A stretch of 64,000 nucleotides of DNA. Source: Candidatus Brocadiia bacterium. GTDB taxonomy: Bacteria > Planctomycetota > Brocadiia > CAIUPP01. Under the pieces are notes generated by a model. That model was not told where the DNA came from, did no database searches, and saw nothing but the letters and a program-made list of their open reading frames with translations. The first letter of the stretch is position 1. Every line of letters starts with the position of its first letter. Positions 17,353 through 26,510 of this stretch are shown here, in pieces. The position numbers and the translations under genes were made by a program. The stretch spans positions 1 to 64,000 of the forward strand of contig JBEKCB010000025.1 of the NCBI GenBank assembly GCA_050015075.1, given 5' to 3'.

Positions 17353-18795
17353 TCAGTCACCCGCCTTTCCATCGGTTGTCGTCGCGGAAGACGCGTTCGT
17401 CCGATCCGCCGCAATCGGCGCCAGCACTTCCTCGCCGTCGGCAGGCGCGGGAATCCCGAACTTCCTCCGCGCCCATTTCGCCGGCACGCGCAGCCCGACA
17501 CTGACGAGCGTCAAGACGCTCGTCGCCAGCCGCTGCAAGTCCACCGGCTCCTCGACCAGCGTGCGATAGACCGGCGCGGCGACCTCCGGCCCGAAGTTCA
17601 GCAGCGTGATCGGCCCGAAGAACTGCCGGTTCAGCGTCTCGTCGAGCGCCCGCGCGTCCGAATCCACCAGGTCGAAGCGCACCGCCTCGTGCGCCCGGCC
17701 GCTGTACCCGAGCGTGTGCCCTTCGCCGTTGCCGCCGGTGAACGTCTGGCCGAGCACCGCAAGCGCCATCTCCTCGCCCGCGCGCTGGCGCAACTGGTCG
17801 TACATCGCGCCGTCGCTCGACGCGCGCGCCGCGTCGGCGAACGTGATCTTTCCGCCGGCGGGCACCATCCCCGCCGCCGCGCTGCCGAGGGACGTCAGCG
17901 CGCGCCACATCAGGTCGGCGTCCTCCTGCGTCGCGCCCGGCGGCAACTCGCCGAGGCGGACGGGAATCCCGCAGAGTTCCGCCAGTTGCAGCCAGTCGCG
18001 TAGCGCGTAGTTGCGAACCAGGAACGGTCGCGCGCAGGCGAGCGAAATGCCGCCGCGCTGGAGCGATCCGCTGAGCGCGTTGTGCCGGTGGAGAATGAAA
18101 TTGAACGGGTTCACCGGCAGCCCGAGCGGCGCCGATACGTCGCGCAGGAGCAGCTTCTGCCGGTCCACCAGGTCGAGCGTCCACCAGCGCTGCGGGCGGA
18201 ACTTCAGGTCGCTCGGCAGCCACTGCCGCTGGCTGGTCTCCCAGAGGATTTCGAGGCAGGCGAATCCCTTGGCGACCGCGTCGAGCAGGTCGCGGAGGCG
18301 GTCGCTCCAGGACTGGATGCGTCCGAGGCGCTTGCCGTCGGGCGCGGGCAGCAGCGCGGCGCAGAAATCGCGCGCCCGGAGCGATGCGCTCGAATCGTCG
18401 CCCGGCTCCAGCGCGAACTCGCAGCTCGTCACGCCCGCCTTGCGCTGCGTGAAGAGGCCGGAGAGGCGCGCGTCGCGCTCCTCCATCGCCTCGAACAGCT
18501 CCATCTGGTGGAGGATGTTGCCCTGCTCGGCCTCGCGGAGCAGGTTCACCAGGCGCGCCGGGGTCAGCAGATCGGCGACGGTATTCGCCATGTAATACCG
18601 CCAGCCGCCGAGCGTGGCCGGGGCGATCTCGCGCGTCTCCGGCTTCGTGTACGGCTTGCCGTACTGATCGAGGATCGCGTGCGGATCGCGCATTGCGGCC
18701 GGCTGCGGCTGCTGCCGTTCGGCGCTGCTCACGGCAGGCAGGCCATACTTGTCGAGGCCGGTCGGCAGCATCGTCATCAGCGTGACATCGCTCAT
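17353..18795 (-). CDS. Mu gp29-like portal protein (DUF935)
   Basis: L.EAEQG....Q.ELFE.MEERD, DLLDAVAKGF..LEI.W, DW...AE..GIPVRLG, AVLGQT, AHE.VR.DL..SDA. Confidence 0.92.
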   Translation of the reverse strand: MSDVTLMTMLPTGLDKYGLPAVSSAERQQPQPAAMRDPHAILDQYGKPYTKPETREIAPATLGGWRYYMANTVADLLTPARLVNLLREAEQGNILHQMELFEAMEERDARLSGLFTQRKAGVTSCEFALEPGDDSSASLRARDFCAALLPAPDGKRLGRIQSWSDRLRDLLDAVAKGFACLEILWETSQRQWLPSDLKFRPQRWWTLDLVDRQKLLLRDVSAPLGLPVNPFNFILHRHNALSGSLQRGGISLACARPFLVRNYALRDWLQLAELCGIPVRLGELPPGATQEDADLMWRALTSLGSAAAGMVPAGGKITFADAARASSDGAMYDQLRQRAGEEMALAVLGQTFTGGNGEGHTLGYSGRAHEAVRFDLVDSDARALDETLNRQFFGPITLLNFGPEVAAPVYRTLVEEPVDLQRLATSVLTLVSVGLRVPAKWARRKFGIPAPADGEEVLAPIAADRTNASSATTTDGKAGD

Positions 18796-18842
18796 CGAAG
18801 AATCCCTCAGCAATTAACTTCCGGCTCCTCGCTCGCTCTCCC

Positions 18843-18991
18843 GATTATAAGGGTGAAATTCCGCTCCGGAGCCGCGCGACAAAGTGAGTGCGCTTGCGAG
18901 TGGTTTCAGTGCGCTTCGGAGTGGTTTGAGTGCGCTTCAGTGCGCTTCGCAGCGGTTTCAGTGCGCTTATTTTCGCGAGCTGGATTTGACA
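18843..18991 (-). promoter_or_regulatory. Phased-repeat late promoter, copy upstream of the portal gene
   Basis: Five AAGCGCACT boxes (spacing 21/21/10/21) and TATAAT at 18844-18849; twin at 22092-22240. Confidence 0.75.
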
Positions 18992-19046
18992 CCCCTCGGC
19001 AAACGAGCGCGGATTAGCATAATCAGGGATGCGCGCTCGGACTTCA

Positions 19047-20732
19047 TCATTCATCATTCTGCCCTCTGACTTCCAAGCCTCCGCCTCCCGCGAACGCGAC
19101 GGCGAAATTGTTGCGCGGCTGAAGGCGCATCAGCGGCTCGCGCGGTTTTCCGCCGGGGCGGGAATCCGTGAAAAGCCGGCGCGCCATCTCAAAAGCGTCC
19201 GGGCCGTCGTCGTGGACGCCCGGCTTGCCGAAATCGAGGAACTGGTCGAGCAGCAGCCGCTGATCGCCCTCGCCCTCGTCGAAATAACAAAGGCCCCGCT
19301 CGAAGTCGGGCTGCAAGGAAAGGATCCGGTCCTCCTTCGAGGCGGCGTTCGTGACCGGGAACAGCCCGACCCGGTTCACGCGCCCGCGGATCTCCTCATT
19401 CGCCTCGAGCAGGGGCCAGAGGAACGCCTGGAAGCCGTTCGCCTCGCAGCCGATGCGGCCGGGCGAGAAGGCGTCGTACACGCGGAGGATCTCCGCGATC
19501 AGTTCGTTGGGCGAGGCGCGGCGCAGCCAGGCGTGGAGGCAGCGCAGCTCGCGCGTGCCCCGCGGCCGCGCCAGGACGACGAGCGCCTTGTAGTCGCTGG
19601 TCTCCTTCGCCGTAGCGCTCGGGTCCACGGCCGCGCGGACCTCGGCGGTCGAGCGGTCGAACTCCGCCGCGCGAAAATCGCGCACCCAGTCCGGGCGGAA
19701 TACCTCGTCGTCGGAAAACGACTTGCCGAGCATCTCGCGGCCGTAGAGCCCGCGCCCCATGATCGCGGACATGCGCCGGAGGACGGCGGTCGGAAAACGC
19801 TCCGGCCAGGCGGATTCGCCGCGCTCGTCCTCGGCCAGGTACTCGACGTAGCGGCAGATCGGCCGGCCGGCCGCATCGCGCTGCGCGGCGGCTTCCTGGA
19901 AGCGCGCCTTCAGGCCGTGGCGCGTGCCATAGTTGTTCAGCAGGATCTCGCACCACGCGCCGCCGGTATTCACCGCAGAGGCGCGGAGGTCGCGGAGTGT
20001 TTCACCAGGAATAGGTTTTCCGTCTCCGTGCAGTTCTCCGCGTTCTCTGCGTCTCTGCGGTGAAACCGCGTGCTCAACGGAGAGCGCGGGGAAGACGTTG
20101 CCGAAGAGCCATTCCCAGAGATGCTTTTCGCGCTGCGGGTTCCGCGCGAGGAAGTCGTCCTCCAGGTCGTCGCCGAGAAAATCGTCCGGCCGGTGTGGGC
20201 CGTGGAGCAGGCCGCGGCAGGATTGCCCCGTGCCGCGCGCGAGCACGCGCGTCTCGACGGCGACAAAATCCGTGTCGGTGTCGCTGCCGCCGCGCGGGCC
20301 GATCCGGTCGCCGTAGTCCCGGCGCAGTCGCTGGTTGTTGACCAGTTCCAGCTTGATCAGGTCGAGCTTCTCCGCCGCGTTCTCCTCGGTCTGGCCGCCG
20401 ACGATGATGAAATGCGCCCGGCGTTCGACGATCCGCCGGACGCGCCGCAGCAGCGCGCGCGTCGTCTTGCCGGCGCCGCGGAACCAGTACTCGGCGATCG
20501 GGATGCCCTTCTCCTCGACGATCTCGTCGGCCGCCAGGTGCAGGGGCGAGGACTCGCAGAAGATGTAATGCGGGAAGTAGGCGTGGATCCACGCGTCGAA
20601 CGGCAGCGCCCGGCGCGCAGCGATTGCCTTGTGGGACGAGTCCTCGAACGGCCGCGCCTCGCGCAGCACGGCGGCGAGAATCCTTCCGCGCTGCGCCTCA
20701 TAAGCCTTTGTCCAGCGGTCAGCCACGTTCAC
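19047..20732 (-). CDS. Terminase large subunit
   Basis: FRGAGKTT (Walker A), RGL.HGPHRPD...DDLEDD (Walker B), AAVDPS..DY.A, EANGFQ, KEDRI, HDDGPDA nuclease motifs. Confidence 0.92.
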   Translation of the reverse strand: MNVADRWTKAYEAQRGRILAAVLREARPFEDSSHKAIAARRALPFDAWIHAYFPHYIFCESSPLHLAADEIVEEKGIPIAEYWFRGAGKTTRALLRRVRRIVERRAHFIIVGGQTEENAAEKLDLIKLELVNNQRLRRDYGDRIGPRGGSDTDTDFVAVETRVLARGTGQSCRGLLHGPHRPDDFLGDDLEDDFLARNPQREKHLWEWLFGNVFPALSVEHAVSPQRRRERGELHGDGKPIPGETLRDLRASAVNTGGAWCEILLNNYGTRHGLKARFQEAAAQRDAAGRPICRYVEYLAEDERGESAWPERFPTAVLRRMSAIMGRGLYGREMLGKSFSDDEVFRPDWVRDFRAAEFDRSTAEVRAAVDPSATAKETSDYKALVVLARPRGTRELRCLHAWLRRASPNELIAEILRVYDAFSPGRIGCEANGFQAFLWPLLEANEEIRGRVNRVGLFPVTNAASKEDRILSLQPDFERGLCYFDEGEGDQRLLLDQFLDFGKPGVHDDGPDAFEMARRLFTDSRPGGKPREPLMRLQPRNNFAVAFAGGGGLEVRGQNDE

Positions 20733-20814
20733 CTCACCACCAAGTCACCAAGACACCAAGGACGGCAACGCTTCACTTTTCATTTTGCATTTTGCATTTT
20801 GCACTATTCACGTT

Positions 20815-21069
20815 TCACTCCTCGCCCAGCGTCGCACGAAGCTCCTGCTTCTTCTTCAGCGCGCTGATGTACGCCTGGCGCGCGTCTCGGACGTCGGCCA
20901 CGGCGGCCTCGACCACGTCGAGGTCAATGTCCATCGGCGAATTGAACAGCACTGTCGCCCGGCTGACGTGCCGGACCGCGTCGGCGGCGCGCTCCGTCGC
21001 GCGCTTCATGTCCGTATCGCACGCCGAAATTTGCCGCCGGATTTCAAGTTGCATCGCAATGTCTGCCAC
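20815..21069 (-). CDS. Small helical phage protein
   Basis: GAGG RBS; 84-aa ORF between the terminase genes. Confidence 0.6.
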   Translation of the reverse strand: MADIAMQLEIRRQISACDTDMKRATERAADAVRHVSRATVLFNSPMDIDLDVVEAAVADVRDARQAYISALKKKQELRATLGEE

Positions 21070-21119
21070 AATTTTTCCTCACCACGACGGGCACGACGGG
21101 ACACGACGAAAAGTAAACC

Positions 21120-21563
21120 TTATGAGTGCTTGCGCCGCTGTTCATCGAGGAACTGCTCGGTCCACTTGTAGAGCACCGCACACTCCTCCGACTCGGCGCG
21201 CGCGCCGACGAACTGCGCGAAACGCTCGAGCGTGTCGAGCATCGGCCCGATCGCCTCGACGTGCGACTCCAGCCTCTCGACGAGCAGCGTGATCTTGTTC
21301 AGCGCCTCAAGCGCCTCTGGGGTGGCCGCGGCCTTCTTGCCGACGGCGTCCATATGGAACTGGCGCTGCTTCTTGAGGATATCGAGGGCGGCCCGCGGCG
21401 ACTCGTACTGCCACTCCAGCCGTTTCCTCATCCAGTCGGCCTTGCTCGACCACCGGGCCAGCGTACGCCGGCTAAAGCCCGTCTGAAGAGCAATCTCGTC
21501 AAGGGTTTTCACCTCGCGCACGAAAAGATGCTCAGCCGTCCGGCGGACCTCCTGCAGATTCAT
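21120..21563 (-). CDS. Terminase small subunit (HTH, Mu gp27/DUF1804-like)
   Basis: AEHLFV.....LDEIA..TG.SRRTL.RW....DW; upstream of terL. Confidence 0.75.
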   Translation of the reverse strand: MNLQEVRRTAEHLFVREVKTLDEIALQTGFSRRTLARWSSKADWMRKRLEWQYESPRAALDILKKQRQFHMDAVGKKAAATPEALEALNKITLLVERLESHVEAIGPMLDTLERFAQFVGARAESEECAVLYKWTEQFLDEQRRKHS

Positions 21564-21594
21564 CGCGCGCTCCCGAAAAAAACTCGGACCGTTC

Positions 21595-22002
21595 CTACAG
21601 GATGTGCAGCAGGCCCAGGAACCACGCCAGGCCTTTGCCGACGATCACGAGCGCGACGATGATGTAGACCGCCAGCACCGCCTTCTCCAGCTTCGCGAGG
21701 CGTCGGAAGATTTCCTTGAAATCCTCGCCGCCCTTATCGAGAGTGCGGTCCAGCTCGCTGCGCTCCTTGGCGATCTGCGCGGCCACCTCCTTCGGCAGTG
21801 CGACCACCAGCTCGCGCAGCTCGCCCACGAGCCGTTCGAGCGCCGCGTACTCCGCCGAGGCTTTCTGCTTGAACCCCTCGAACTCGATCTTGATCCGCGA
21901 GAGATTGATGCAATACGCCTCCGGCGGGCACCGACGGCGCTCCGGCCCGGCGTAATCCGCCGCGCGGTGGTTGTCAGCGTCGAGCGGAGCGTCATGTGGC
22001 AT
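21595..22002 (-). CDS. Coiled-coil protein with C-terminal TM helix (first gene of the module)
   Basis: AAGGAG RBS; YAGPERR motif; C-terminal hydrophobic helix. Confidence 0.65.
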   Translation of the reverse strand: MPHDAPLDADNHRAADYAGPERRRCPPEAYCINLSRIKIEFEGFKQKASAEYAALERLVGELRELVVALPKEVAAQIAKERSELDRTLDKGGEDFKEIFRRLAKLEKAVLAVYIIVALVIVGKGLAWFLGLLHIL

Positions 22003-22091
22003 CAATAACTCCTTCCAGGCTTTGGAGCACCCTCTGCACCCGCCTTCGCTAAAGCTACGGCGGGCAAGCTCTGCACTCATGAAGCTCTCTG

Positions 22092-22240
22092 GATTATAAG
22101 GCCGTATTTTCGCCGCGATGGCCGCAGTGAAAGTGAGTGCGCTTGCGAGCGGTTTCAGTGCGCTTCGCAGCGGTTTGAGTGCGCTTGAGTGCGCTTCGGA
22201 GCGGTTTCAGTGCGCTTATTTTCGCGAGCTGGATTTGACA
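22092..22240 (-). promoter_or_regulatory. Phased-repeat late promoter, copy at the start of the module
   Basis: Same five boxes and spacing as 18843-18991; TATAAT at 22093-22098. Confidence 0.75.
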
Positions 22241-22333
22241 GGCCCGCGGAAAATGCGAGAATTGCGGGGAGACCATGCCGGACTCATTCGGCTAATTGCG
22301 TATGGCGTCCGCAACTTCAAGGAGGAACGCCGT

Positions 22334-23500
22334 ATGGCCGGGAAAATGAGGCTGGGCGTTGCGGGCTGCGGCCCTCGGGGCACGTACATCGGCGGGCTTT
22401 TCAAGGACCATTCCGGATGTGAACTGACGGCCGTCATGGACAAATACCCGGCGCCGGCGCAGAAGGCCGCGGAAAAGCTACACCTGCCCGAGGCGCGCGT
22501 CTTCACCGACTTCGACCGGATGCTCCGCGACGCGCCCATGGACGCCATCTATCTCGCGTGCGACCCGATGGTTCAGGTGGACATGGCCTGCCGCGCCATG
22601 GCGGCGGGAAAACATGTCTGCACCGACGTCCCCGCCGCATTCTCCATTGACGAGTGCTGGGAGCTGGTCCGAACGGTGGAAAAAACCGGGCGCAAGTACA
22701 TGCTCATGGAGCAGGTGCGCTACAGCGGCTTCGCCGAAACCTGGAAACGGATGCGCGAACGGGGCGAGTTCGGCCACGTCTGCTTCGCGCAGGGCGAGTA
22801 CATCCACTTCATCGAAAACTGCAACTACTGGATTGACCCGGCGACGGGTGAGAACATCTGCGAACCGGCGCGCCCCACGGATCGGACCGTGATCCCGAGC
22901 TGGCGTCTCAAGCTGTTTGCCGATCCGATCTACTACCTGCCGCACACGCTGAGTCCCCTCCTTTACATCCTGGGCGATCGCGTCGATCGCGTCTCCTGCA
23001 TGGGCACGCAGCAGATCAGTTACACCTGGCCCGACATCAACCTGCCCGTCAGGGACATCGAGTACGCGCTCATGCACACGGCCAAGGACACGGTGTTGGC
23101 CACAGGCGCGGGATTCAGTTTTCCTTATCCTCACCGGCACGCCGAAACGGAGCACCACTGGTACGAATTGCGCGGGACCAGGGCCAGCGTGGAATCGCCG
23201 CGGCGCCCGGACGACAAGTTCTGGCGCTGGCAGGAATCCACCTCCGCGCACGAGCCGATGGACCTGCATTCCTCCCCGCAGGATGCGACTGCGGAGCAAC
23301 TGAAATCCGGACACGGAGGGCGGGACTTCAAGCCGGTGGACCTTTTCGTCACATGCGTTCTGAACGATACGCTTCCGGCGATGGACGTGTATCTGGCCGT
23401 CGAAACCGCCGCGCCGGCGATCCTCGCCGCCGAATCGGCTCGACGCGACGGCGTCATGCTCACCGTGCCCGACTTCCGGCCCGGTGCGCGCCCCGCCTGA
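22334..23500 (+). CDS. Gfo/Idh/MocA oxidoreductase
   Basis: RLGVAGCGPRG Rossmann motif; AGKHV.TDVPAA; GHGGRD; GGAGG RBS. Confidence 0.9.
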   Translation: MAGKMRLGVAGCGPRGTYIGGLFKDHSGCELTAVMDKYPAPAQKAAEKLHLPEARVFTDFDRMLRDAPMDAIYLACDPMVQVDMACRAMAAGKHVCTDVPAAFSIDECWELVRTVEKTGRKYMLMEQVRYSGFAETWKRMRERGEFGHVCFAQGEYIHFIENCNYWIDPATGENICEPARPTDRTVIPSWRLKLFADPIYYLPHTLSPLLYILGDRVDRVSCMGTQQISYTWPDINLPVRDIEYALMHTAKDTVLATGAGFSFPYPHRHAETEHHWYELRGTRASVESPRRPDDKFWRWQESTSAHEPMDLHSSPQDATAEQLKSGHGGRDFKPVDLFVTCVLNDTLPAMDVYLAVETAAPAILAAESARRDGVMLTVPDFRPGARPA

Positions 23501-23732
23501 AAAATAGTGGACAGCCGCCTATTCCAGGAGCGAAGGACAGACGGCGACGGAAATGGTGTTGACAATGGCCGGCTCGGGCGTACAATCTCAACTGCGGGAG
23601 GTGGCCGTTCTCGGAGGGACGGTCAAATGGCAAATGCCGAATCAGAGGCCCACGGCGGTCGTGGGCAGAGCCATCCGGGAAATCCCGGATCAGATAGTCC
23701 CGTACCGGTCAGTTTGAGCCAGGGAGAAAGCC

Positions 23733-24599
23733 ATGAATCCAATCACCGCGAAGATGCGTCGTACTGCAATGCCTGTTATCGCCGCGTTATTCCTGTCAAT
23801 GATATGCGTATCGTGCGCCAATCGCGATCCGGGAGATACAACGGGTGCGCTTCCTCAGCAGGGAGGAGCTGTGAAACCGGCCCTCTTCCAGGATTTTAAT
23901 CCGGGCTGGACCAACAATACGTCGCAGGATGGCCTCTGGAAAATCAATGGGATTTGGGTAGGCACCGGGCAAAACACGTTCGACCCTGCCAACGTCACCT
24001 TTACGGAAACCTATCCTGGCGAGAAGAGCAAAGGCTTCATGCATTTCAAGTCCAAAGCCAATACGACTAATGGATCTGAAATACAGACGATCTCTTCGGG
24101 CCCGTGTTATGGCTACGGCTATTACGAGGTGAGGATGAAAGTAACCAGCGTCGGCGACCCTGCAACCAACCGGGGCGTTTGCGCTTCTTTTTTCTGGAAG
24201 AAAAAAGACTATGCCGCGGCCGAATGGGATTTCGAGTTCCTGACCAACGATAAATGGATCACCTCTCCCGACAGCGGCCAGGTCACCATGAACTATCACC
24301 TGGATGATAACCGGAGCAAAGTTCACTACCAGGAGCTTCCATTCAATCCCTCCAAGGGATTTCACCGGTACGGGTTTCTCTGGCAGCCGACCCGCCTGGA
24401 CTGGACCGTTGACGGAAAAATTGTCTACAGCTTCGAGGATCCGGGAGTCGCCAGCGAGCCCGGCTGGATCATGATGAACAGTTGGACCGGCAACAAAAAC
24501 TGGGGCGGCCTGCCCCCGACAGAAGATGCGGTGACGGTATACGACTGGGTAAAGTTCTATCCAAACGTTACCTCCGTGCCCAATGACGGGAAGGAATAA
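23733..24599 (+). CDS. Glycoside hydrolase family 16 lipoprotein
   Basis: YGYGYYEVRMK, catalytic EWDFEF, FHRYGF.W......WTVDG; signal peptide with Cys. Confidence 0.88.
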   Translation: MNPITAKMRRTAMPVIAALFLSMICVSCANRDPGDTTGALPQQGGAVKPALFQDFNPGWTNNTSQDGLWKINGIWVGTGQNTFDPANVTFTETYPGEKSKGFMHFKSKANTTNGSEIQTISSGPCYGYGYYEVRMKVTSVGDPATNRGVCASFFWKKKDYAAAEWDFEFLTNDKWITSPDSGQVTMNYHLDDNRSKVHYQELPFNPSKGFHRYGFLWQPTRLDWTVDGKIVYSFEDPGVASEPGWIMMNSWTGNKNWGGLPPTEDAVTVYDWVKFYPNVTSVPNDGKE

Positions 24600-24773
24600 G
24601 CAGCTCGACGCGCGCGCCCGCTCGCGGGTCTTCCCGGATGACCGGCTTGATCCAGCGGGAGTTCCCGGGAAAGGCACAGTCGCTGAAACACTCAGATCAG
24701 AACGCAATTGGAGGAAGCGGCGCAAGTTATTTCCGGGACGCCGCACTGGGATGTCACGAGTTTCGGGGCGCGA

Positions 24774-25913
24774 ATGGATTCCAGAGAACGCGTTTTCCTG
24801 GCCCTGAATTTCGAGGAGCCGGACCGTGTGCCGGTGGATTTTTGGGGCTCGGAGGGGTTTTACCGGTCGCTTCAGCAGGGACTGGATAAGGCGGCGTTTC
24901 TCGACCGGCACGATGTGGATTTCCGGTACATCGAGGGACCGCGCTACGTCGGGCCGCCGCCGGCGGTTTCCGCTGATGGAATCCGGACGGATATCTGGGG
25001 CGTGCCGAGGCAAACGGTGCGCGTGCCAACCCAGTTCGGCGAAGAAATCTACCAGGAGGTCGCACGCTCTCCGCTGGCCGCCGCGCAGACGGCCGAGGAG
25101 ATTGACGCTTACGCCCACTGGCCTTCCCCTGACTGGTTCGACTATGGACCGGTCAAAGCGCAATGCGAGGCGATCCGCAGCAAGGGGCGCGTGGCCGTGT
25201 TCATGGGAGACCGGCTCAACCGCGTCGCGCAGCTCAAGCCGGCCATGTACTTGCGCGGCGTGGAGCGGATCTTCATGGACCTGGCCGAAGCGCCGGAGAT
25301 AGCCCAGGCCATTCTTCGCCACCTTCGGCGGTTCTATGTCGAATACCTTTCCCGCGTGCTGGAAGCCGCCGACGGCGGAGTTGACATCGTGGTCACCGGC
25401 GACGACTTCGGCTCGCAGAATGCTCCGCTCTTGTCCCCCGCGATGTGGCGGCAATTCCTGGGCGATGGGTTCGAGGAGTACATGACGATCATCCGAACCG
25501 GCGGCGCGCGCTCCATGCACCACACCTGCGGAAGGGTCACTCCGCTGGTCGGGGAGATGGCCGCCCGAGGCTTGCAGATCCTTCAATCACTCCAGCCGGA
25601 AGCGATGGCCGCCGATTATGCCTTCCTGAAATCAACCTATGGCCGGCGCCTGGCCTTTCAGGGCGGCGTATCCATTCAACAGACGCTGCCTCGCGGCACC
25701 CCCGAGCAGGTGCGCGAAGAGGTCCGCCGGCGCGTTGAAACACTGGCCCCGGGCGGCGGGTATATCCTTTGCACCGCGCACAACATCCAGGCGGACTGTC
25801 CCCCTGCGAACGTCGAGGCCCTGCTGCAGGCGTATCGGCAGGAGGGCAAGCGGTGTCATCCCAGGCGAAACGGAACGGAGGAATATCACGTTCGGCAATC
25901 TGGGGACACATGA
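24774..25913 (+). CDS. Uroporphyrinogen decarboxylase-family protein
   Basis: MDSRERV..AL..EEPDRVP, GDDFGSQ, HTCG, QPE, GGGYIL..AHNIQ. Confidence 0.88.
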   Translation: MDSRERVFLALNFEEPDRVPVDFWGSEGFYRSLQQGLDKAAFLDRHDVDFRYIEGPRYVGPPPAVSADGIRTDIWGVPRQTVRVPTQFGEEIYQEVARSPLAAAQTAEEIDAYAHWPSPDWFDYGPVKAQCEAIRSKGRVAVFMGDRLNRVAQLKPAMYLRGVERIFMDLAEAPEIAQAILRHLRRFYVEYLSRVLEAADGGVDIVVTGDDFGSQNAPLLSPAMWRQFLGDGFEEYMTIIRTGGARSMHHTCGRVTPLVGEMAARGLQILQSLQPEAMAADYAFLKSTYGRRLAFQGGVSIQQTLPRGTPEQVREEVRRRVETLAPGGGYILCTAHNIQADCPPANVEALLQAYRQEGKRCHPRRNGTEEYHVRQSGDT

Positions 25914-25981
25914 CCAGTTATTTCCCCCTGCTGCAGCGCCAGGGCGCTCTTTCCGCGGGCGGCTGAGGTCCAAAACACGCC

Positions 25982-26100
25982 TGGCCATCCGGGTCCTCCG
26001 GTAAACCGCACCGGCTACTCTTTCCCATCAGGCGCGCGAGGGCCGCGCGTGGGCGTATCTTTTTACGAATGGCGGAGAAACCACTTGAAAGTAATCAGGC
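25982..26100. repeat. Dispersed ~110-bp repeat (TCAGGCGCGCGAGGGCCGCGCGTGGGC family), copy A
   Basis: Further copies at about 26816-26932, 60028-60130 and 62752-62852. Confidence 0.7.
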
Positions 26101-26270
26101 TTATGTCCCCGGCATTTGGGGCGTGAAACTGGGCTCAGCCGGTCAATGGTCAATAGGATCAGATGCGGTGAATGACGCTTTGACCCATGAGTTCGCCATT
26201 CCCGCGGCTTGACTTGCCGTGCTTACTAGTGTATTCTAAACGTAGCTATACGAATACAGGAGGACAAGCG

Positions 26271-26510
26271 ATGTCCAGGATGGTGACGCTGCGGCTGGAC
26301 GATCCCGCTTACCGGATGTTCCGGGCGATGGCGGAGCGGGAGAACCGGCCGCTGTCGAACTTCATCGAGACGGCTGCGATGCGTTTCGTCGAGGAGCACG
26401 GCCTCGTGGACGAATTCGAGATGGCCGAAATCCTCGGCAACGTGGAATTGAACCGCAGCCTGAAGCGAGGGCTGGCTGATGCCGTGAGGAAGCGGGGCCG
26501 CTTTGTCTAA
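26271..26510 (+). CDS. Ribbon-helix-helix antitoxin
   Basis: VTLRLDD......AERENRPLSNFIE; AGGAGG RBS; TTGACT-17-TATTCT promoter with a GTATTC/GAATAC inverted repeat. Confidence 0.8.
   Translation: MSRMVTLRLDDPAYRMFRAMAERENRPLSNFIETAAMRFVEEHGLVDEFEMAEILGNVELNRSLKRGLADAVRKRGRFV

Larger units (their letters stand above)
970..22240 (-). mobile_element. Mu-like phage-derived virion module (defective prophage or GTA-like element)
   Basis: Contiguous co-oriented terS-terL-portal-protease-cement-capsid-connector-tail genes; host-type genes directly on both sides; no early genes seen. Confidence 0.85.

Noticed and set aside
18881-18970. AGTGCGCTT arrays as a mini-CRISPR
   Set aside because: Repeats are 9 bp with 1-12 bp spacers that resemble each other; no cas genes are present.
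19969-20064. Intein or self-splicing intron in terL
   Set aside because: It is only 96 bp, lacks Cys/Ser...His-Asn intein ends, and belongs to a palindrome family seen elsewhere in the window.
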